64,000 nucleotides of DNA from an uncultured candidate division Zixibacteria bacterium. GTDB lineage: Bacteria; Zixibacteria; MSB-5A5; GN15; PGXB01. The position numbers were made by a program, and so were the translations under genes. Position 1 is the stretch's first letter. Every line of letters starts with the position of its first letter. The notes beneath the pieces are model-generated. The model searched no databases. It saw only the letters and a program-made list of their open reading frames with translations, and was not told the origin of the DNA. The stretch lies in assembly GCA_963702205.1 (NCBI GenBank), contig OY969724.1:3008001-3072000 (forward strand), written 5' to 3'. Below, in pieces: positions 39,734-48,839 of the stretch.

Positions 39734-39767
39734 TATTTTGTTACACAAAATATGGAGAACTTAAATT

Positions 39768-39790
39768 CCGACATTGAATGTCGGGCCACC
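39768..39790. repeat. REP-like palindrome, copy 1
   Basis: CCGACATT-G-AATGTCGG-GCCACC; the minus strand reads GGTGG followed by the hairpin. Confidence 0.7.
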
Positions 39791-39812
39791 TTGAGTTGGT
39801 AGTAAAAGTGAG

Positions 39813-40268
39813 ATGAAATCTATTCCTTTCAGACACTCCGCAGGATTCGGTAAGAGAATCGAGTATTGGATTATAGGAAATATGCTTAAGGAAGGTTTGG
39901 ATATATATGTTCCTATGGTGGATGATTTTGGCATAGATGCCATAATTAGAAAACAAGATGGAACATTTGTAGAAGTTCAAATCAAGGCCAGGTCAAAAGA
40001 CGTTATTTTTGGTGATGCTGCATTATTTGCAGCAATAACTCACACAAAACGTGATAACTACTATTTTGTGTTCTACTCAGAGCGAATGGACTTAATTTGG
40101 ATTCTATCATCTGAGGAATTTATTAGGGAATCTGTATTAAATAAGACAGAAAAAAACAAAGGCAAACGATCGATTTGGTTTAATGGTAAACGAACCGCAT
40201 CAAAAATAGAAGTTCCCAAGCCACAGTATAATAAGTACATTTCAGATAATTTTGATAGATTTAAGTAG
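39813..40268 (+). CDS. Small PD-(D/E)XK nuclease-fold protein (DUF4365-like)
   Basis: 'VDDFGIDAII...VEVQIKAR' D...(E/Q)xK pattern; AT-rich compared with flanking genes. Confidence 0.65.
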   Translation: MKSIPFRHSAGFGKRIEYWIIGNMLKEGLDIYVPMVDDFGIDAIIRKQDGTFVEVQIKARSKDVIFGDAALFAAITHTKRDNYYFVFYSERMDLIWILSSEEFIRESVLNKTEKNKGKRSIWFNGKRTASKIEVPKPQYNKYISDNFDRFK

Positions 40269-40401
40269 TGGTTAGTCCGGGTAGATCACACTAATTCGCG
40301 GCGTGACATTCTTATTAATCGCGAAATTTATTAAGCCAAATATGCACGCAAAATTACTGTCACAAACGTAACACTAATATGATATCGGGGCACGCGCAAA
40401 T

Positions 40402-40782
40402 ATGAATCATGACAATCAATCCAACGAGAAAACCTTAAGTCCGTGGAATTCGCCTTATGATCTGGCTTGCACCGTTCTGGCCATAACCCTGGGTCTCGCT
40501 GTTGGCTGGCTCGATCTGCAAGTCACGGAGGTTTCCGTGACAATCCTCGCGCTGCTCACTGCTTCACTTCTGCTCGGTTTGCTCCGGCCAGCAGCGGCGT
40601 GGCGGTGGCCGATATTGATCGCGATTGGTTTGCCGATAATGGCGGCGGTTGCCGTCGTTATTGGTATGAAGACTGTCGAACCCGTTCAGATCGACTTCCG
40701 CATTACGCTGGCTGCACTGGCTATCGCGCTGATAGGATCATACATCGGGGTCTTCATACGATACACAGTGCGTAGCAAATAA
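40402..40782 (+). CDS. Small 4-TM membrane protein of unknown function
   Basis: 126 aa with four hydrophobic segments. Confidence 0.7.
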   Translation: MNHDNQSNEKTLSPWNSPYDLACTVLAITLGLAVGWLDLQVTEVSVTILALLTASLLLGLLRPAAAWRWPILIAIGLPIMAAVAVVIGMKTVEPVQIDFRITLAALAIALIGSYIGVFIRYTVRSK

Positions 40783-40812
40783 TATAAAAACTCGGAATAG
40801 GTTAACAAGAAC

Positions 40813-40836
40813 CCCGACATAGAATGTCGGGCCACC
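40813..40836. repeat. REP-like palindrome, copy 2 (same orientation as copy 1)
   Basis: CCCGACAT-AGA-ATGTCGGG-CCACC. Confidence 0.7.
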
Positions 40837-40965
40837 CGGCCAATTGGAGGTCGTGAGCCATGTATGCACTATTTAACTTGCCCACTATCCCAATATTCCA
40901 ATGATCGTCCCGGATGTTTGAAAAAACTGTAAATGTGCAGGCCTCGTTCTGAGTAGACCGCAATA

Positions 40966-41340
40966 TTATTGCACAATAACAGTCCCGGTCATACTGGGAT
41001 GAACCGTACAGTGATAAGGATAAGTGCCGGCTGTGTTGAACGTATGCTCATACGTATTACCCGACGATAGCAGGGCACTATTCAACTCATTCCCGGTATC
41101 GGATGTAACCGTATGGCTGACATTATCGTCGTTTCTCCAAACGACTTTGTCCCCGACTGAGACAGTGATCGATGATGACACAAAACTTAGATTGTCGATA
41201 ACCACGGTATTGCCGCTGTTGGTGTTCTGCGAAGAACCCGTTGTATTGTTATCTTTGCTGCTGCACCCGACGAATATACCCCACCCGGCGGTCAATGCTA
41301 ACACGCCGACAACTGCCAATTGCAACGCTGAGCGTTTCAC
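40966..41340 (-). CDS. Cupredoxin (plastocyanin/amicyanin-like) lipoprotein
   Basis: Lipobox 'FVGC', Ser/Thr/Asn linker, type-1 Cu ligands 'SHTVT' and 'YHCTVHPSM'; GAGGAG RBS before GTG 41340. Confidence 0.88.
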   Translation of the reverse strand: MKRSALQLAVVGVLALTAGWGIFVGCSSKDNNTTGSSQNTNSGNTVVIDNLSFVSSSITVSVGDKVVWRNDDNVSHTVTSDTGNELNSALLSSGNTYEHTFNTAGTYPYHCTVHPSMTGTVIVQ

Positions 41341-41463
41341 GATATTTTTCTCCTCAGAATTTAATGGCGGTATCAACTGCCTATTGAAACAAGATCTGAT
41401 TACTCCCGGTTCCACGGCAGAATGAAGTTCTTATTACAACGGCACCCGGCGGCGAGCAATTTT

Positions 41464-42135
41464 TTATTTTGGTCCGGGGTGGTCCGATGGACTGGCTATC
41501 AATATTTCCGACGTTATCCCCCAACTGGTAACGATATTTCGATATTCCGTTTTAAAGCCACACTGGCCCACTATCGTTTCCAGTTGAACCGGACGACATC
41601 CTCCCACCAAACGAGGACTTAGTTTGAATAACAGAGACCACAAAAGCGACACCGTCCTTGAGAAATAAGTCTTGCCAATGGTAAGGCTGACAAGACAGAG
41701 CTTCCCTCCCGGTGAAAGGACCCTTCTGGATTCATAAAGCGCCAGGCTGATGTCGGACATCGACAGTAAGTCAAATACGTATGCGGAGATTACGCGGTCG
41801 ATAGAGTTTTCGGCTGCCGGGAAATCAATCGATCCATCCGATAAGATAATATTGGCTCGATCATTAAAGGGAAATAGACGTTGACATGCGATATCCACCA
41901 TGGTTTGGCTGATGTCGAGACCGATATATGACGCCGAGGGTTGAAGGTATTTCTCAAACAGTTTCAGTGCAAAGCGACCTGTCCCGGTGCCGAATTCCAA
42001 CACGCTTTTCGCGATTCCAAATTCGGCGTGCGCAATTAGATATTCCAACGCTGCGTCTTCATAAAAAGACTGGCTGTCCTGTTTGACACCAAAACGGTTA
42101 TAATAGGCCCTGGCCTCGGAATGTGTCATAACCAT
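41464..42135 (-). CDS. Class I SAM-dependent methyltransferase
   Basis: 'VLEFGTGTGR', 'GLDIS..MV', 'RVLSPGGKL'. Confidence 0.88.
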   Translation of the reverse strand: MVMTHSEARAYYNRFGVKQDSQSFYEDAALEYLIAHAEFGIAKSVLEFGTGTGRFALKLFEKYLQPSASYIGLDISQTMVDIACQRLFPFNDRANIILSDGSIDFPAAENSIDRVISAYVFDLLSMSDISLALYESRRVLSPGGKLCLVSLTIGKTYFSRTVSLLWSLLFKLSPRLVGGCRPVQLETIVGQCGFKTEYRNIVTSWGITSEILIASPSDHPGPK

Positions 42136-42565
42136 TGCTTACTTCCCTTAAGCTCAGCAAAAACACGTGTTTATTAAAACACTTTTATCCTGCGCTGTGT
42201 TTCCAGACTATGATCGCCATCTGAATTCCTTATCAGGTCCTCGTTTAAAGGACAATGCGGGTTAAGCAGAATGACGAGTCCATAAACCGGACAAACACAA
42301 TTCTGACAAGATCCTTAAGATCGTAATAGTCCGGCTAAATGAAGTTGCCCTGCTGCTATCATTGACCGACAAAATAGATTCTGGAATCATCCCTCGAAAA
42401 AATGACGTGACGGCATAAAAACCCGGCCAGGAAATATGATGGCATTATCAAGATTTAGGAAGTATCACCAAAACTGACCCAATCAAAAAATCGACTAATC
42501 CTGTACACTTTTATATGGCTTTTCCCGGCGCTCTTCCTGACTTTTCCTTCGTAATTTTAGTATTA

Positions 42566-42583
42566 ATGTGAAAAATAACACAA
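42566..42583. promoter_or_regulatory. CRP/Rex-like operator candidate upstream of the cbcL-like gene
   Basis: ATGTGAAAAATAACACAA: TGTGA-N6-ACACA, one mismatch to the CRP core; also close to Rex TTGTGAA-N4-TTCACAA. Confidence 0.35.
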
Positions 42584-42648
42584 CATAATATCCCTTTTAA
42601 TCTATCTTTATTCTTGCAGAATGGATCAAATGAGTATATTTTAGGGCC

Positions 42649-45435
42649 GTGCTAAAAACGACGATTCACATTTTAATCATATGCGCTCTGCTGGGACTCT
42701 GTTTTCCGATGATCTCGTTCGCCCAGGAAAACGACGAGTGCATGATGTGCCACGAGGACGCCTCGCTTACCGAAATCCGCGACGGCCGCGAGGTCTCGTT
42801 GAACGTCGACCTCGACAAATTTCATAAATCGGTCCACGGCGACATGGACTGCATTTCATGTCACATGGACCTCGCGGATACCGAATTTCCCCACGCCGAA
42901 AAAGTCGAACCGGTCGACTGCTCCTTATGCCACGACGACATCGCCGCCATGTACGACAAGAGTCTCCATGGACAGGCCGTGGCACGGGGCGAGAAACTGG
43001 CGCCGCGCTGCTGGGATTGCCACGGCAATCATTATATAGTTAGCCATACATCCCCTGACTCCAAAGTCGCCAAGTTCAACATTCCGTTCATGTGCGGGAA
43101 ATGCCATAAGGAAGGCACGGCGGTAACCCAGACATATAATATTCCGCAGGACAGTATCCTCGAACATTACAGCGAGTCGATTCACGGCGTCGGCCTCTTC
43201 CGTCAGGGTTTGACCGTAACCGCCGTCTGTGTCGATTGCCACACAGCCCACAACGTCCTGCCCCACACCGATCCAAATTCCTCGATCTCCCGCGAAAACG
43301 TCTCCAAAACCTGCCAAAAATGCCACGGACGTATCGAACAAGTGCATAAAAAAGTCATTCGAGGCGAACTCTGGGAAAAAGAGCCCAATAAAATACCGGT
43401 CTGTGTCGATTGCCACCAGCCGCACCAGATTCGGCAGGTTGTCTATAGAGAAGGTGTCTCTGATGATCAATGCATGAAGTGCCACGACAATAAGGATCTG
43501 GTTTCCAAACATCAGGGCACGCCGGGTCGGTCCTTATTCGTCGATATTGATCAGGTGCACGGTTCGATGCACCGCCAGGTACGCTGCGCCCAGTGCCACA
43601 CCGGCATTACGCCAAGCCTGCACCGCCCCTGCGAGACCGTCGCCGATAAAGTCGATTGCTCGATATGCCACAGCGACGTCGTCGCGACCTACATGACCAG
43701 CACGCACGGCCAGCTGGCCGATCGGGGCGATCCCGATGCTCCCGAGTGCGTCGATTGCCATGGCACACACGGCATCCTCGGCCGCCGCGATGCGAACTCA
43801 CCTACCTATCCGATTAAAGTTCCGGCACTTTGCAGCCGCTGTCACAGTAAAACTGGCAAGGCCACCAGGCGACACCTGCAGGACACGACCGTCGTACAAA
43901 ATTATACCATGAGCATTCACGGCAAAGGCCTGCTGGAAAGCGGCCTGGTCGTCACCGCCATGTGTACCGACTGCCACACGGCACATCATGTTCTTCCCCC
44001 CGGCGATTCGGCCTCCAGCGTCAATCGTAATAATATTCCGGAAACCTGCGCCAAATGTCACAAAGGCATTTATCAGACGTTCATCACCAGTATTCATTCA
44101 ACGAAAGTGAATCATACCGACAAAGAACTTCCGGTCTGCAACGATTGTCATACATCGCACGCCATCGAGCGAGCCGATCTGGATGACTTCCGGTTTGCGA
44201 TCATAAACCAGTGCGGCAAATGTCACGAAAAAGTGACGGAAACATATTTTGAAACCTTCCACGGAAAAGTATCCAAGCTGGGTTTTGCGGCCGCCGCCAA
44301 ATGCTATGACTGTCACGGCTCGCACAATATATTGCCGCCGAATGACCCCAAATCCACTTTGTCCCGGGCGAATATCGTCTCAACCTGTGGGCAATGCCAT
44401 AAAGGCTCCCATCGTCGTTTTGCCGGCTACCTGACCCACGCCACGCACCACAACAGAGAAAAATATCCGTTCCTGTTTTATACATTTTGGGCCATGACGC
44501 TGCTTTTGATCGGGACCTTTGTCATCTCGGGAACCCACACCCTTATGTGGCTGCCTCGATCGTACCAGATGATGCGTCAGCGTAAAAATATGCAGACCAA
44601 GGCGGCCGGAGATTATCGATATCAGAGATTTAAACCGCTGCACCGCTTCCTTCATGTATTGATCATCATAAGCTTCCTGGGACTGGCCACGACCGGCATG
44701 ACCCTTAAGTTCTCGTATCTGGCCTGGGCTCAGTGGATTTCAGGCATTCTGGGCGGATTCGAATCGGCCGGTTACCTGCACCGGGTATGCGCTATCATTA
44801 CGTTCTTCTATTTCTTCATGCATCTCGGAGATATAATATACCATAAGTTTCATGACAAAAAATCGTGGAAGGACGTCCTCTTCGGCCGTAATTCCATGCT
44901 GCCGAGAAAGAAAGATTGGCAGGATTTCAAGGCCACCATGAAGTGGTTCGTCGGCGGAGCTAAACGCCCGCGCTATGGCCGTTGGACGTACTGGGAGAAA
45001 TTCGACTATTTTGCCGTCTTCTGGGGTGTCGCCGTGATCGGCTTTACCGGTCTGACCCTGTGGTTCCCGGAATTCTTCACCCGGTTTATGCCCGGTTGGT
45101 TTATTAACGTGGCGACCATCATCCACTCCGATGAAGCCCTGCTCGCCACCGGATTCATATTCACGGTGCATTTCTTTAACACGCACTTCCGGCCCGATAA
45201 ATTCCCGATGGATCCCGTTATTTTCACCGGCTCGGTGCCGCTGGATGAACTCAGGGAAGACCGTCCGGAAGAGTACGAAGAGCTTTTTGAATCGAAAAAA
45301 ATTAAAAAACACCTGGTGGCCCCGCCGACCAAAACCTTCGTCCGCATCATGAAGACATTTGGTTTCGCGGCGCTGGTCATTGGTATTTCTTTGATTATTT
45401 TGATAATATACGCCGAGGTTTTCGGCTATAGATAA
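42649..45435 (+). CDS. CbcL-like inner-membrane cytochrome: 19 CXXCH periplasmic domain fused to a FdnI/HydC-type cytochrome b domain
   Basis: Signal peptide; 19 CXXCH counted; membrane domain with 'HRFLH', 'LHRVCA', 'YWEKFDYFAVFWG', 'IIHSDEALLA..FIFTVHFFNTH'. Confidence 0.88.
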   Translation: MLKTTIHILIICALLGLCFPMISFAQENDECMMCHEDASLTEIRDGREVSLNVDLDKFHKSVHGDMDCISCHMDLADTEFPHAEKVEPVDCSLCHDDIAAMYDKSLHGQAVARGEKLAPRCWDCHGNHYIVSHTSPDSKVAKFNIPFMCGKCHKEGTAVTQTYNIPQDSILEHYSESIHGVGLFRQGLTVTAVCVDCHTAHNVLPHTDPNSSISRENVSKTCQKCHGRIEQVHKKVIRGELWEKEPNKIPVCVDCHQPHQIRQVVYREGVSDDQCMKCHDNKDLVSKHQGTPGRSLFVDIDQVHGSMHRQVRCAQCHTGITPSLHRPCETVADKVDCSICHSDVVATYMTSTHGQLADRGDPDAPECVDCHGTHGILGRRDANSPTYPIKVPALCSRCHSKTGKATRRHLQDTTVVQNYTMSIHGKGLLESGLVVTAMCTDCHTAHHVLPPGDSASSVNRNNIPETCAKCHKGIYQTFITSIHSTKVNHTDKELPVCNDCHTSHAIERADLDDFRFAIINQCGKCHEKVTETYFETFHGKVSKLGFAAAAKCYDCHGSHNILPPNDPKSTLSRANIVSTCGQCHKGSHRRFAGYLTHATHHNREKYPFLFYTFWAMTLLLIGTFVISGTHTLMWLPRSYQMMRQRKNMQTKAAGDYRYQRFKPLHRFLHVLIIISFLGLATTGMTLKFSYLAWAQWISGILGGFESAGYLHRVCAIITFFYFFMHLGDIIYHKFHDKKSWKDVLFGRNSMLPRKKDWQDFKATMKWFVGGAKRPRYGRWTYWEKFDYFAVFWGVAVIGFTGLTLWFPEFFTRFMPGWFINVATIIHSDEALLATGFIFTVHFFNTHFRPDKFPMDPVIFTGSVPLDELREDRPEEYEELFESKKIKKHLVAPPTKTFVRIMKTFGFAALVIGISLIILIIYAEVFGYR

Positions 45436-45470
45436 ACGGCGTCCCGCCTTTCAATACGGAGACCTGAAAA

Positions 45471-46982
45471 ATGGCCAATAGAAAATTCCCGAGACTCTTT
45501 TATAACAGAATAACTTTCGCCGGTGTTTCGATCAGCCTGGTTTCGATCATCGTGATGACCTTTCTCTACCTGATCGATGTTTACGCCAGCCAGACAAACC
45601 CCTATTTCGGTATCTTTCTTTATATGGTCATGCCGGTATTTTTGATCGGAGGCATGGTTTTTATCCCGGCCGGGATGTTTCTGAACTGGCGGTATCTTAA
45701 AAGGACCGGCGAGGTCAAACTTCCCAAATGGCCGCTGGTTGATCTCAATGACAAGACCCAGCGCAACGCCGCCATTATTTTCTTCACGGGAACCATTATC
45801 TTCCTCGGCATTTCTTCGATCGGCAGTTACGAGGCGTTTCACTATACTGAATCGGTTCAATTCTGCGGCAAGTTGTGCCACTCGGTTATGAAACCCGAGT
45901 ACACGGCCTACAGCCACTCCCCGCACGCCCGAGTCGCCTGTGTCGAGTGTCATGTCGGTCCCGGAGCCGACTGGTACGCCAAATCGAAACTGTCCGGAGC
46001 TTATCAGGTCTATGCCGTCACCGTCAACAATTTTCCTAGACCTATTCCGACCCCGATCAAAAATCTCCGTCCCGCGCAGGAAACTTGCGAGCAGTGCCAC
46101 TGGCCGGCCAAATTTTTCGGCGAGCGTCAGAATATCAAGGACCATTACAAGTACGATAACGAAAATACGCACTGGCAGATTACCATGCTTATGAAAATCG
46201 GTGGGCAGAACCTGCTGTCCGGCGAGGCCAGCGATATTCACTGGCACGTCAGCAAGGATTTCGACGTCTTCTACATCCCCCGTGATTCGACACGCCAGGA
46301 TATACCCTGGGTAAAAGTGGTCAATCACAAGACTGGCAAGGAGACGGTGTATCAAGCCGAGGACAATCCCCTGACGGCCGAAGAAATTGCCGCCGCCGCG
46401 CCGCGCCGGATGGACTGTGTCGATTGTCACAACCGCCCCAGCCATATATATAATTCTCCCGATCATGCCATAGACCTCGCAATCGCAGCCGGGTTGATCG
46501 ATCCGGGGCTGCCCGAAATAAAAAGAGCGTCGGTCGAAGCGATGGCAGCCGAATACCAGACCGAAGGCGAAGCGCTGGCCGGTATATCGAAGTCCATCAA
46601 GGATTTTTATCAAAGCGATTACCCAAATCTGGTCGACTCGGCCGGGTCAACCATCGACAGCGCCATCTCCGCCGTTCAATATGAATTTTCGATGAACATC
46701 TTTCCCGAAATGAAAACCCGCTGGGATGCCTATCCGGATAATATCGGACATTTCATCTGGCCGGGCTGCACCCGCTGCCACGACGGCGCTCATGTGAATT
46801 CGGAAAGCCAGCCGATAACGCACAAATGCACCGCCTGCCACGTTATCACGTCGCAGGGCACGGCCGACAGCACCATGACGGCTATGACCGTCGATGGTCT
46901 GGAATTCGTCCACCCCGAAGATATCGACGAGATGTGGAAAGAAACCGGCTGTTACGAATGTCATACGGGAACCCAGCCGTAA
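45471..46982 (+). CDS. ImcH-like NapC/NirT-family cytochrome c (3 TM, 7 heme motifs)
   Basis: Three N-terminal TM helices; 'TES..FCGKLCH.VM.PEY..Y..SPHARVACVECHVG.GA.WY..SK.SG.YQ', 'LRPA.ETCEQCHWP.KF', 'MDCVDCHNRPSH'; 6 CXXCH + 1 CX3CH. Confidence 0.88.
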   Translation: MANRKFPRLFYNRITFAGVSISLVSIIVMTFLYLIDVYASQTNPYFGIFLYMVMPVFLIGGMVFIPAGMFLNWRYLKRTGEVKLPKWPLVDLNDKTQRNAAIIFFTGTIIFLGISSIGSYEAFHYTESVQFCGKLCHSVMKPEYTAYSHSPHARVACVECHVGPGADWYAKSKLSGAYQVYAVTVNNFPRPIPTPIKNLRPAQETCEQCHWPAKFFGERQNIKDHYKYDNENTHWQITMLMKIGGQNLLSGEASDIHWHVSKDFDVFYIPRDSTRQDIPWVKVVNHKTGKETVYQAEDNPLTAEEIAAAAPRRMDCVDCHNRPSHIYNSPDHAIDLAIAAGLIDPGLPEIKRASVEAMAAEYQTEGEALAGISKSIKDFYQSDYPNLVDSAGSTIDSAISAVQYEFSMNIFPEMKTRWDAYPDNIGHFIWPGCTRCHDGAHVNSESQPITHKCTACHVITSQGTADSTMTAMTVDGLEFVHPEDIDEMWKETGCYECHTGTQP

Positions 46983-46997
46983 GGGAAATATTCCAAT

Positions 46998-47028
46998 AAA
47001 AAAAGGCGTCCATCCGGACGCCTTTTTT
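46998..47028. terminator. Bidirectional intrinsic terminator between the convergent cytochrome operons
   Basis: A7-GGCGTCC-ATCC-GGACGCC-T6. Confidence 0.88.
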
Positions 47029-47044
47029 ATATCGTTTTAATGCG

Positions 47045-47584
47045 CTATTTCTCTTCTGTTTTGGCCGGCATGGTATGCAAACCGGTCTTCATCATTTCCG
47101 CGAAATTATAGCCGCCTTTGGGCTGGAATTGTGCGGGAACCTTGTCATTATGACATTTCATACAAGTAGTCGAATCGGGAAGGATCAGGCCGTTGGCCAT
47201 GGCCAGCTTTACGTCTTTCATAATACTCATTTTGAAAAAGTCAGAGCCCGGCCCATGACACGCCTCGCACTGGACTCCTTCCAGAACCTCTCCTTTGGCA
47301 GTGGTTCCAGTCGTATGACAACCGACGCATTTTTCGTTCTTTTGATCGGCTTCCGAGAGAGCATCCCACGCCTTGGCGTGCTTGGTTTCCATCCATGACG
47401 GATATACGCCGTCTTTCTTATGGCACAGGCCGCACTTTTTGGCGCCGATATACTCGTGGGTTACGGTTTTCTCCTTGGAATCAGCTTTTGCCTTGGTTTC
47501 GCCCTTTTCCTGGGCAATGCTGATCACGTAAAATCCCATGAGTATAGCCATAGCCGCCAGAAAAACCAGTAACTTCTTCACCAT
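47045..47584 (-). CDS. Periplasmic tetraheme cytochrome c (c554-like)
   Basis: Signal peptide; 'YIGAKKCGLCH', 'CVGCHTTG', 'GVQCEACHGPGS', 'CMKCH'; GGAGG RBS before ATG 47584. Confidence 0.88.
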   Translation of the reverse strand: MVKKLLVFLAAMAILMGFYVISIAQEKGETKAKADSKEKTVTHEYIGAKKCGLCHKKDGVYPSWMETKHAKAWDALSEADQKNEKCVGCHTTGTTAKGEVLEGVQCEACHGPGSDFFKMSIMKDVKLAMANGLILPDSTTCMKCHNDKVPAQFQPKGGYNFAEMMKTGLHTMPAKTEEK

Positions 47585-47692
47585 AATTCCTCCATAAGGT
47601 TGGTTACCGTCTCTATCCGTTTTCCTATTATACAAAATTTAACCAAAAAGGTCATCAATTATAAATACGGGAAAGGGGACATAATCTTAGAC

Positions 47693-47726
47693 AAAAAGGC
47701 TTTCTCCTTTTGGAGAAAGCCTTTTT
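47693..47726. terminator. Intrinsic terminator after the lipoprotein cytochrome
   Basis: AAAAAGGCTTTCTCC-TTTT-GGAGAAAGCCTTTTT perfect inverted repeat. Confidence 0.85.
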
Positions 47727-47744
47727 GCGAATACCTCTTGTAAG

Positions 47745-48827
47745 TTAATGAGCCGGAATTGGATTAAGATTCGCAGACGCAAACCCACCCGATTTCCCCG
47801 GCACCCGGCTTTCCATATATTCGATGGAACTTGCCAAAAGATCGCGGATATAGAACGGATTGTGGACACCTTCAGAACGATCTTCTTCGATTATCAGGTA
47901 ATTCCACAACGCCCCGGCCTCGCCCTCATCAGCGATAGTGTGCTTGTTCGAGCTGGTTCCCGCAGGCAGCCCGTCGCTGGCGTTAAGATGCCCGGCATCG
48001 ACCAGGAGGTCATGAAGCTGCCCGAGCATGTCTTCCACGTCGGTCTGAATATTGTCATAATCATAGCTTTCGGCTGTGACGTGGCACCCATCCTGAGCGC
48101 AAGTTTCCACCAGAGTTATCGTTGTATCCTCCGGGTCAACCATATTCCAGCTATGACCTCCAACCATGTAACCGCCGTGAGTTTCCGGATTGCTCATGTG
48201 GCACATAATGCAGCCATCGTGACCGGTACCGTGACCGGTATTTAAATATTCATAACCCAGACCGGCATATTCATAACCATTGGACGCAATCAGCAAGTCG
48301 CCCTGCGGACCGTGGTGGGGTCCCCAGCGGTTGTACACTTGGGTATTGGGCGTAATATCGTTTACAGATTCGCGGGCATGGTGACAATTGGCACACAGGT
48401 TGGCTTCGCCAACGTCAAAAGTAACCCCGGTTTCCATCACATAGGGAGCATCCGTTCTGAGCGTCAGATTGCCCCGTGTATGAGGCGCGTGGCAAGTGAA
48501 GCAGTGAATGGCCGCGACAGGACTATACGGCGCGTTTACCTCACCGGTCGACACAAAATCGACAAAGCCCTGATGATCGTGGCACTTTGCGCAATCCTGG
48601 CCTTCGCGATTGGTATAATCGACATTGGCACCGGAGGCATGGACCGAGTTCTGATATTCGCCCTGGGCCTGTAGAATATACCCGTCTTCACCGTGGCATG
48701 TAAAGCAGCTGTTCAGGGAAGCCTGGCTGTCAGCGGCATCGTTGTTGATGATTTTGCGCTCGCAGCCGACCCCCGCGATCATCAGGATGGCCAGAAGGCT
48801 GATTGCAAGCAGAACTTTGTGTCTCAT
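47745..48827 (-). CDS. Multiheme lipoprotein cytochrome c (5 CXXCH + 1 CX4CH), candidate outer-surface terminal cytochrome
   Basis: Lipobox 'GVGC'; CFTCH, CAKCH, CFTCH, CANCH, CIMCH, CAQDGCH; helical C-terminus 'ALWNY..IEED.S.GVHNP.Y...LL..SI'. Confidence 0.85.
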   Translation of the reverse strand: MRHKVLLAISLLAILMIAGVGCERKIINNDAADSQASLNSCFTCHGEDGYILQAQGEYQNSVHASGANVDYTNREGQDCAKCHDHQGFVDFVSTGEVNAPYSPVAAIHCFTCHAPHTRGNLTLRTDAPYVMETGVTFDVGEANLCANCHHARESVNDITPNTQVYNRWGPHHGPQGDLLIASNGYEYAGLGYEYLNTGHGTGHDGCIMCHMSNPETHGGYMVGGHSWNMVDPEDTTITLVETCAQDGCHVTAESYDYDNIQTDVEDMLGQLHDLLVDAGHLNASDGLPAGTSSNKHTIADEGEAGALWNYLIIEEDRSEGVHNPFYIRDLLASSIEYMESRVPGKSGGFASANLNPIPAH

Positions 48828-48839
48828 GGAATCACTCCT

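Noticed and set aside
39642..42600. Integrative element or prophage at tRNA-Ser
   Set aside because: No integrase, no phage genes and no duplicated tRNA 3' end were seen in the window.
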